Origin: Emiliania huxleyi CCMP1516
Taxonomy: Eukaryota
NCBI RefSeq assembly: GCF_000372725.1
Contig: NW_005201192.1
Span: 759,445 to 797,361, forward strand
DNA: 37,917 bases
Direction: 5' to 3'
The notes below the pieces were generated by a model. The model searched no databases. It saw only the letters and a list, made by a program, of their open reading frames with translations, and was not told where the DNA came from. The first letter of the stretch is position 1. Every line of letters begins with the position of its first letter. Below are positions 29,894-37,917 of the stretch, piece after piece. Both the position numbers and the translations under genes were made by a program.

Positions 29894-31300
29894 ATGCCGC
29901 TCCGAGTCGGCTTTATCGGCCTCGGCGCGATGGGACTGCCGATGGCACTCAACGTGCTCGACGAGGGCCACGTTGTAAAGGCGTTTGACGTAGCGTCCTC
30001 AGCGGTCGACGCCGCTGTCGCCAAGGGATGCACCGCCGCGGCCTCTCCTCGCGATGCAGCCACCGGACGACGTGCTGGTGACGATGGTGCCAAACGACCG
30101 GGTGCTGAAGCAGGTCGTCTGCGATGAGTCGACCGGTGTGCTGAGCGCCGCTCAGGCCAACAGCCTCGTGCACGTCTCGTGTTCAACGGTGCACCCGGAC
30201 ACCTCCCGGGAGCTTGCGGCGCTGCACGAAGCAAACGGGCTGAGGTTTGTCGGCGCGCCCATCTTTGCACGAGCCGATGGCGTCGCACGGCGGCTCGCGT
30301 CCTTCTGTGTCGGCGGCAAGGACGGCGCGGTGCAGAGCGCGCTCCCGGTGCTTGAGGCCAACTGCGGCGCGGGCGGCGTCTTCCGCTTCGGGGAGGACGC
30401 GGGCGCGGGGAATGTCGTCAAGCTGGCCGGCAACTTCATGATCGCTTCGGCGATCGAGTCATGTGCTGAGGCGCTCTCCCTGGCGGAAAAGTCGGGCCTG
30501 GAGAGGGAGGCGAGGGGTAGGCGAGAGAAGGGCGAGGGGTGGGCCAGGTGTGGGCGAGGTGCGGGCGTGTGGGCGAGTAGTCGATGGCAGGTTGGGCCGA
30601 GAGAGCGGGAGAGAGCGGGAGAGAGCGGGAGAGAGCGGGAGAGAGCGGTAGAGAGAGAGGGAGAGGGAGAGGGAGCGGGAGCGGGAGCGGGAGCGGGAGC
30701 GGGAGCGGGAGCGAGGGCGAGGGAGCGAGTGTAGCAGGCGCTGCCGGCGTCGCTCAGCCACTCCTCCGCGCACCGAGCTTCGCAGGCCGTCATGTCGATG
30801 CTACACTCCACTATCTTCGACTGCCTCATCTACCGCGGCTACGGCGACCGCGTCGCGCAGCGCTGCCACCACCCCGGCACGCCCTGCCCGGCCCCAGCTC
30901 GAGCCGCGGACGGTGTCTCCTCACCCCTCTCGCTGCGAGCAGGCGAGCCTCTGGTCGGGCCGGGCTTCCAGCTCGATCTCGGACTCAAGGACGTCACACT
31001 CGCCCTCGACGTGGCGGCAAAGGTGCACCACCGCCACCACAGACGGCCTAGGCCGCGGCTTGCGAGGACGCCCGCCCGCCCCACGCACGACCGCAGGTGC
31101 AGGCGCCGATGCCCGTCGCTTCCCTGCTGCGCGACCGCTTCCTCGGCGCGACCGCGCGGGGCCGCGGCCACATGGACTGGTCGGCCATCGGGCTCAGTGT
31201 GTCTGAGGACGCGGGCGTTGACGTGTCGGAGAGCCTCGCCCTGCCGCCAAAGAAGCGCAAGCTCGCGGCCGGCGGCGCGGAGACGAGGGAGGTAGCCTAA
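29894..31300 (+). CDS. Beta-hydroxyacid dehydrogenase (3-hydroxyisobutyrate/6PGD NAD-binding family), three introns, apparent frameshift near 30067
   Basis: VGFIGLGAMGLPMA, DVLVTMVP, SCSTVHP, FVGAPIF, GAGNVVKLAGN (catalytic Lys), GFQLDLGLKDV, MPVASLLRDRF, DWSAI. Confidence 0.88.
30599..30727. repeat. Intronic 10-bp (GAGAGAGCGG) and 6-bp (GGGAGC) tandem repeats
   Basis: Directly visible. Confidence 0.9.
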
Positions 31301-31581
31301 AACCCCATCTTGCACGTCTTAGGAGGTGGGACGTGGGGCCCCAGATAGTTCCAGGCGTATACGCGGGAGTCTGCCTCCAACTGTTCCACCGGGGAGGATT
31401 TTCTCTGGCCCTGGTGTGAGAAGGTAACAGGGTACTTTCCGCTGAAACTCGCGCGTCCCAACCAGCCGGAGAGATCAGCGGGGCGCATCCTCATCTACAA
31501 TCATACAGGACCCGGCCTCCGAGCGCCCACCAAGCACACAGCTAGTCGCCGCACCGGAGAAGTTCAGATTACGCTCTCTAG

Positions 31582-32376
31582 ATGGGATCTATCTCCTCCA
31601 AAATGCGCTCGAGCGCGGACACCGTCCGCGGCGAGGCAGAGGGCGCCATCAAGCGGAGCAAGCTGGCAGACTTGAGAGTGCGCAAGGCGGAGCGTGACGG
31701 CGCCATTGCGATGCGCATGGCGGTGCTCCGCGACCAGCTCCACTTCTCGCTCGCCTTTTACGTCTCCCTAGTCGTCGCGACGGGTCTCCGGTGCATCCAT
31801 CGCCGCCGGCTGGAGGGGTTGCCGCTGAGCTCGCTGCCCCTGTTTGCGGGCCCATTTATCTTTGCGTACAACGTCGATGCGGCATATGGGAACAAGGTTG
31901 AACGGCTCAACATGGAGGCGCAGACCATCCTGCGCACAGAGGCGCATTGGTTCAACCAGCCGATGATTTTGCCTACCTTCCTTGAGCCCGAGTACCGCAA
32001 GATGCGAGAGGAGAATAATCGGCGCCTACACTCAGCGGGGATGCCGCCCGAGAGCGACTGGGCCACGTTCCGATCAGCGATCAGCGACGATGAGGTGTGG
32101 CAGTTCGCAGCGCCTCTGAGCAAGCTGATGCACGAAAGCCTCGCCGATGACGTAAACGTGGACCCCGAGCGAGGCCTGCTAGGGTTGATGCGCAATCGAA
32201 TCGTCTCGATCGTGAGGGCAGCTGATGGGCATGCGACCTTTACAGCACGCACCGCGCTCGACCCGCCCGACGTGACGTTGCGCACCCACGCAAGCGTCTA
32301 TGCACCTACGCAATGGGCCGACTCGCTACCTCCCCCGCCTGATCTCGTCCCAGACCATCCGCGCCGCAAGGTGTAG
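31582..32376 (+). CDS. Plasminogen receptor KT (PLGRKT/DUF2368)-like membrane protein with C-terminal extension
   Basis: MG start, AMRMAVLRDQL, two hydrophobic segments, and AYNVDAAYGNKVERLNMEAQTIL, which resembles the PLGRKT YxxDxxYG..ER...EA..IL motif. Confidence 0.7.
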   Translation: MGSISSKMRSSADTVRGEAEGAIKRSKLADLRVRKAERDGAIAMRMAVLRDQLHFSLAFYVSLVVATGLRCIHRRRLEGLPLSSLPLFAGPFIFAYNVDAAYGNKVERLNMEAQTILRTEAHWFNQPMILPTFLEPEYRKMREENNRRLHSAGMPPESDWATFRSAISDDEVWQFAAPLSKLMHESLADDVNVDPERGLLGLMRNRIVSIVRAADGHATFTARTALDPPDVTLRTHASVYAPTQWADSLPPPPDLVPDHPRRKV

Positions 32377-33949
32377 TGAGACCCAAGGCGAGGGTCTGCC
32401 CGCAGGCGCGTTGTATATCTCGAGGCGGTGCCGGCGCCGAACCTGTCCGCTGTCGGACCAAAGACAGCGTTGAAATCCTAATAGTAAGTCCAATGCGCTT
32501 CTCCATCAAGTACGTGAACAGAAGGTGCGCATACAAACGGGCAAAACAGGTTGAAACGACTGCTTCGGCGGCCCTCGATCCTGTACCGTGTGTGTTATGT
32601 CTTATGACCCACCCAATGAACACAAGAAGAAGAAAATGAACCGCCCAGTGAGAGAGGGCGAGAGACGATCGTCCGATCGAGGGGTCCCCCGCGTACCATG
32701 CGGAATCGACCCTATCCAGTAAAGGTGCTCAAGGTTGAAAGGTAGGAGCGTCCCTGATCAGAAGGAGTGGCCGACTACGGAGATTGAACGTAGCTCATCG
32801 GAAAAGGCGGGAGCGCCGTGAATTGGCTGAGGGGACGGACGACCACCAAGTTTAGCACATTATGCGCCTCGCGCTCGTCGGTGGCGCGGTCGCTGTGGGC
32901 GCGATTGCGGCCCGCGCGCTCGTGCGCAGGATGACTGGCCAAGCCTCTAACTCTGCGAAGTTGCGCCTTCGCCTACGAGGTGGAGGTGGAGACACAGAGA
33001 TGCTGAAGAAGGCGTCCCTCGTATGCCCATGGGGCGGCTGGCTGGCACTCAAGCTCTCCAAATCGCGGCCCCCGACAGCGCCCGTCTCGACCCCATTCAT
33101 GTTCCTTTTTACCCATCTCACAGTAGAGAGGTGTCCGTTTTTATTTATTTATTTAGGTATGATATTGGTTGCAAAATCTGTAAATCTCCCGAAGGTAGCT
33201 AACCCAACCAAACGAGGTGCGCCAAAGAGGCACATTGCCGCTCCAGTCGTTGACCACGGACGTGCGTACGTGAAAAGGATTCGCGCCGCCGGGGAAGCAG
33301 CACCCTCGAGGCAGCACCCGACGCGTCTACGGCATTTGAGCACCTCGCCACGCCGGAGAGCGGGCCTCCTCGTGGGCGTCTCGTTTGTCCGCCTCTTGCC
33401 AACCGGGAGAAGCACAGCGCAACACGAATGGAGTCTTTTTCTTCTTTTACCTGCGTCTCTCATGCCCGAACAACAGAGACGGGTACCGCCGCAGGTCCCA
33501 CACTAGTGTTATCTCCCCTCCGTCTATGTTCCACTTCCACTTGAACGCCGCCCCGGCCTCGTCCTCCTCGGCCCCGCTCTCCGTCGCCGAGGCCCTGACA
33601 GCAACGCGATGGCCCAATGCGCCGATGCGCTCGGCTCTCCATGCTCTGTGCCTCACCGCGTCGCGGCGGAGGCGGCGAGCACCTCGTGTGCCAGCGGCCC
33701 CCGCGGCCGCCGCCACCACGTAGTCCTCGTCTTCCATTTGCGGCGGGCGCCCGGCAGCCAGCGGCAGCCGGCGGCAGCCAGGTGCAGCCAGCGGCAGCGA
33801 ACGCAGTACCACGCAATTCGCCGCCCTCGTCCCGCCAACTCGTACCCCCCCCCCCCCCCCCAATCTTCTGGTTCCACTTCCTACATACATATTGTTATAT
33901 TGTATAAACGAGGAGCGAGGTCTAGCGTGTGTGAACACTCAGCGGTGGG

Positions 33950-35220
33950 TCACTTCACCCTTTCCCCGAAGCTTTCAAGCTTGGCGATGCAGCCGCGGAG
34001 CAGCTCGAGGTTGTACTCGCGCACCGACCCGGAGTCGACAGCCCCGGGCCTCGGCGCTCGCGCATGCAGCCAGTTGGGAGGCGTCTGCCCTGCGGGCAAG
34101 CATCCGCTCCAGGTCGGCTTGCCGCACGGGATGGACACGACTACGCACCGATCGTTGAGTAATCCGCCGAGAGCGGAGTACATCGACTCGGTCGACATCA
34201 TGAACAGGTCGCTCCGGGAAAACGCGGCTAGCGCACTACCCCACGGCGCCGCGCTGGGGTAGTGAATGTGCGCCCCGAGCCGGGTCAGATTCTCGCCGAG
34301 GCGGGAGCGCTCTGTGAAGACGTGCACGTCTGCGTCCGGCCGCAAATGTCTCACCAGCGCGATGAGCTCGGCAAACACCTATGGCGGTTCGCAGTCAGTG
34401 TCGTGCGGCTCCGACCAACCACCCCATGCGCCCGCACTGTGCATGCCTCGAGTCCGATAAAGCGGAAGCCCCGAGAAACGTCTCCGCGCCGGATGTGCAC
34501 CGCCACAGCCAGAGGGCGCAGACCTCCCTGCGCAGCGGGCAGGCGGCCGCGCGCAAAGAAGGAAGGCAGCTGCTGGACGCACCGTGGCCGCTGAGCCCGG
34601 AGCTGCGCAACGAAGCGGGGGTCGACTAGCGGCACGGAGCCCGACGGCGTGGGTGGCGGAGAGAAAGCCCACGACGGAGGCGTGATCATCCGAGAGAGCT
34701 CATGCGGAACAGGCTGGACGTAGATCGCCTCTTCACGGCTTGACGCAGCCTTGGTGAGAGCCGTGTAGTCACGAGGCAACGTCCTCGCCCGAAGACCGAC
34801 GATCGAGCGGAGCTGCGTTGTAATCGTGATACCACTTGCTCGACGGTCGGGGGGCGAAGTGGACAGCCTTTCGCCCGATTGGTCGTCAAATGTGGCGACA
34901 GGAAGGCAGGCAAAGGCCTGCGCGATGGCGTCAAAGTTATTCACCTCCTGGTGTCTGGCATTGCGAGCGCTGAGCCTCTCTGCACGAGGGAAGACGACCC
35001 CGCCGTAGCTCATGTTGAGCTGGAGCGCAAACGCCGCCCACTGCAGCATGTTTACTACAATCTGCCCTGGCCCATCCGCCCGGCGAGGGTGGAAGAGCCA
35101 AACGCCGCCGTGCTGCCGTAGCCACGAGTCGGAGCAGTTGTCGGCGCGACTCCCACAGAGCATACCGTAGAGGGCCCTCAAACTGAGCACCGGGTGCGCC
35201 TGCACCGCTCGAGCGCACAC
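33950..35220 (-). CDS. Putative GT-B fucosyltransferase-like protein (HxRRGD motif); GC-AG intron 34379-34446
   Basis: LAVAVHIRRGDV, VHVFTE, SDLFMMSTESMYS. The intron joins FIGLE|VFAELIAL in frame. The start is uncertain. Confidence 0.6.
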
Positions 35221-35393
35221 GCGTGGCGTGAACGCGCGCGGATGTGAGTGTGCAGACTATACTCGAGCGCGTCGGAGAGTGTTTCAGTTTAATCATATCG
35301 AATGATATCCCGAAACGTAAGGAATTCACACTCGCTAGCGTCCGCCCTTCTGAAGGCGGCGCTTTTCTTTTTTTAGCACATATACATGTGTGT

Positions 35394-36728
35394 ATGTCTC
35401 CTTCACGCGCAGCGGTCCTGGTAGCAAGCGCGTCGCTCGTCGTCATCGTTCTGAGCCTCCGCCGCCGCACGCCCAGCAGCGCCAAGCACCGCCGCAGGTC
35501 GACGGCTGCCGCGCCACCGAAAGTGTCTCGCGGTCCGAATGGGCTTGAGAGGATGGCTGGCGGTAACCCAGCAGGCGAGCCGTGTCCGTCCATTGCCCGG
35601 TTCGGCAAGTGCAACAAGCGTGCTTGCTCCTACTCGCACCAGCTTGCCCATGCCCTCTCGGCCAGAGGCGGCGGCGGTGGCGATGCGACGGGCAGCGGCG
35701 GCGGCGGCGGCGGCGGCAGCGGCAGCGGAAAGCCGCGGCGCGGCGGCCAATCGGCTCTGCGCAGTCGCTTCTACGCAAAGAGCGCGGACGGGCTCCTCCC
35801 GTGCAGCCTCCGCTTTGTGGACCGCTTCCTGCGCTGGGAGTGCGGCCGCCACCTCCTCGGGCTCGGCCTCTTCCCCGACGCGAAGGAGATCTCCGAGTCG
35901 GTCGCGTGCCTGCAGGCGGTGCTCGAGCACTGCGCACAGCACGCCTTCTCGCCCGCGAGCGGCGACACGCTCGTCGTCTGCGTCGGCGACGGCCGCACGC
36001 CGCGCACGGCGGCCCTGGTGGCGATGCGTTCGCGGTGGGACTGCGTGTCCATCGACCCGGCGCTAGCTGGCCTCGAGCCGCCGGCCGCCGGAGAAGAGGG
36101 GGAGGGCGGCAGCGGCGATGGCGGCAGCAGTGGCGGCGGCGAGTGCGACAGCCGCTGCGGAGAGTGCAGCGACGGGGACCCCGCCGCCGAGCCTCTGGCG
36201 CGGCTCGAGAAGGTTGCGCAAGCGCGGCGGGGCGGCGGCGGAGGCGGCGCGCCCAAGCCGCTTCCGGTGCCCAAGGAGCTGAGGCACGCCAACCTGCTCT
36301 CCCAGGAGGCGAGCGACGCAGCGCGCGCGCAGCGGGCGCGGCTGCGGACGGAGCTCCGCTCGATCGCGCGGCTGCGGCTGCTGTCGTGCCGAGCCGAGGA
36401 GGCTGCTGTCTGGGTGGCTGCGCGCGTCACCTCGGTGGTTGTGATGCTTCCGCACGCGCACGTCACGCCCGACGAGGCGCTCGGCTGCCTGCGCTTCGGC
36501 GGCGAGCGAGAGCGGGGGTCGGCCGTCCCGGCCATTGCGGTGGTGCAGCTCCCTTGCTGCGGCTACGTCTGGCACGGCACCGCTCTGGGGCAGCCGCCCG
36601 ACGTCGAGAGGCTGGACGGGCGGATCTGCGCCGCAGCGCGGACGGTGCGGGTGTGGAGGGACGTGTCGGCGCACTTCAACTTTGGCGCCTCCGCGCGCGG
36701 GCTGGGCGCGAGGACCGCGGGAGGGTAG
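35394..36728 (+). CDS. Protein with N-terminal TM, CCCH zinc finger and SAM-methyltransferase-like domain
   Basis: AAVLVASASLVVIVLSL, then CPSIARFGKCNKRACSYSH (C-x8-C-x4-C-x3-H), then FPDAKEISES, VCVGDGRTPRTAAL, SIDP, PHAH, LPCCGY. Confidence 0.7.
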   Translation: MSPSRAAVLVASASLVVIVLSLRRRTPSSAKHRRRSTAAAPPKVSRGPNGLERMAGGNPAGEPCPSIARFGKCNKRACSYSHQLAHALSARGGGGGDATGSGGGGGGGSGSGKPRRGGQSALRSRFYAKSADGLLPCSLRFVDRFLRWECGRHLLGLGLFPDAKEISESVACLQAVLEHCAQHAFSPASGDTLVVCVGDGRTPRTAALVAMRSRWDCVSIDPALAGLEPPAAGEEGEGGSGDGGSSGGGECDSRCGECSDGDPAAEPLARLEKVAQARRGGGGGGAPKPLPVPKELRHANLLSQEASDAARAQRARLRTELRSIARLRLLSCRAEEAAVWVAARVTSVVVMLPHAHVTPDEALGCLRFGGERERGSAVPAIAVVQLPCCGYVWHGTALGQPPDVERLDGRICAAARTVRVWRDVSAHFNFGASARGLGARTAGG

Positions 36729-37189
36729 CGTTGGCCGTTCTCTCCGTTGGCGTTGCGTCTTGCGTGATACACACACACAGTATATTCGGAAATGATATCT
36801 TAGAGATTGCGCGGCGCACGGCTCGAGCTCGGACGACGACGAGCGGCGTGACACGTGACACGCGTCATTTCAGGCCGGACGTCTGCCTCGCAGACGCTCA
36901 GCGAGGAGTGAGCAGTGACGAGTGCGTGTGTGTCTGTGACTGCAGTCCAGTGTGTGAGTGAGAGTGTGTGTCGGTCGTCTGTCGAGGAACACGTCGTACG
37001 AGACTACGAGGACCGGGCGGGCCTTTGATCCCGCAAACACCAATATAAAGGCATCATCAAAAAGAGACACTCCCTGAACTAGTGTGCGCGAGACTCGCGC
37101 GTTCCGACGACGACACTCGGAGCCGCGGGCCACAGCCTATGGGCCCGCAAAGTGGGTGCTGCTGCTGGGTCGGAGGGCTTCGGTGCACA

Positions 37190-37917
37190 TCAATACCCGT
37201 AGCCGCCGCCGCCGCCGTACCCTCCCATTTGCTGCGGCATCCCGCCGCCCATGCCGCCGCCCATGCCCGCGCCGTACACCACCATCGCGTTGGGGTCGCC
37301 CGCGCCGTAGTCCGAGTAGCCCGACGCGAGCGCCTCCTCCGCCTTCTTCTTCTCCTCCGCCGCCGCCTCCTCCTTCTTCCGCTCCTTCTCGACCAGCGTG
37401 TCGAGCTTATTCGTGATCTCGCGCATAGTCTGCACCATGAAGGGCATCGCAAAGTCGTTCAGGTTGTTGCGCCAGGCGAGCTCCATCACGACGTCGGGCC
37501 GCAGCTGCGCGTAGCACGTGTAGAGCGCCGCGGCAAAGCACGTGTTGAGCTTCTGCTCCACGAAGAAGTTGATGAGCTCCTCGGCGATGGCCGAGTCGCC
37601 CGACTCGGCCGTCGTCTCGATGGCCTCGTCCCACACCTTGTCCTTCTTGGACAGCTCCACCGACTTGGACCACTTCTTCGCGCGCTTGTAGAGCATGGCG
37701 CCGATGCGGCGGAACTGCAGCAGCGAGTGCTTCTCGCACATCTGCGCCATCTCGACCTGGTCGAAGTTGTCGAAGGTGACGACGCCCTTGGCGAGCGCCT
37801 CGTGGTCCTCGTCCTCGACGTACAGCGCGTAGAGCGCGTCGTTCACCTCCTTGATGTTTGCGGGCTGCGTCGTAAGCAGGTACGGCTTCACGAGCGGCAG
37901 GTGGCCCGCGCGCTTCA
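37190..37917 (-). CDS. CHC: Clathrin heavy chain, C-terminal part (gene continues beyond the window)
   Basis: GHLPLVKPYL, FDNFDQ, EKHSLLQFRRI, ELSKKDK, AEELINFF, CYAQLRPDVVMELAWRNNLNDFAMPF. Confidence 0.97.
   Translation of the reverse strand, partial: KRAGHLPLVKPYLLTTQPANIKEVNDALYALYVEDEDHEALAKGVVTFDNFDQVEMAQMCEKHSLLQFRRIGAMLYKRAKKWSKSVELSKKDKVWDEAIETTAESGDSAIAEELINFFVEQKLNTCFAAALYTCYAQLRPDVVMELAWRNNLNDFAMPFMVQTMREITNKLDTLVEKERKKEEAAAEEKKKAEEALASGYSDYGAGDPNAMVVYGAGMGGGMGGGMPQQMGGYGGGGGYGY

Noticed and set aside
32862..33506. 214-aa ORF with LRLRLRGG (ubiquitin-like C-terminal motif)
   Set aside because: No ubiquitin fold precedes the motif, and the rest reads through AT-rich repeat-like sequence; at most a gene fragment.
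756..37917. Gene set as a functional cluster (aroA, SDR, dehydrogenase, hydroxylase, glycosyltransferase)
   Set aside because: The genes are interspersed with unrelated housekeeping genes (clathrin, anoctamin, LHC), and there is no scaffold enzyme or pathway logic.

Overview
Very GC-rich, intron-containing eukaryotic nuclear DNA from a chlorophyll-c alga. It is most likely a haptophyte such as Emiliania/Gephyrocapsa huxleyi; this is inferred from the Lhcq-type antenna gene, the many GC-AG introns and the 10-11 bp intronic tandem repeats. About 14 genes are recognisable: ankyrin-MYND protein, ABC1/ADCK kinase, a glyoxalase-YjjX fusion, fatty-acid hydroxylase/sterol desaturase family protein, anoctamin, LHC, EPSP synthase, two paralogous DPH-motif VWD/root-cap-like genes, an SDR, a beta-hydroxyacid dehydrogenase with a frameshift, a PLGRKT-like protein, an HxRRGD glycosyltransferase-like protein, a CCCH plus methyltransferase-like protein, and the 3' part of clathrin heavy chain. 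Between them lie transposon relics, dispersed and inverted repeats, an interstitial TTAGGG tract and a 252-nt N gap. The most striking signal is that, in many unrelated genes, the first 10-30 nt of an intron is a perfect-to-degenerate copy of the first nucleotides of the following exon. This suggests intron creation by insertion with target-site duplication, which would also explain the GC donors. One paralogue pair shows an intronless copy beside a copy with three introns. All exon and intron calls are by eye, without transcript data.
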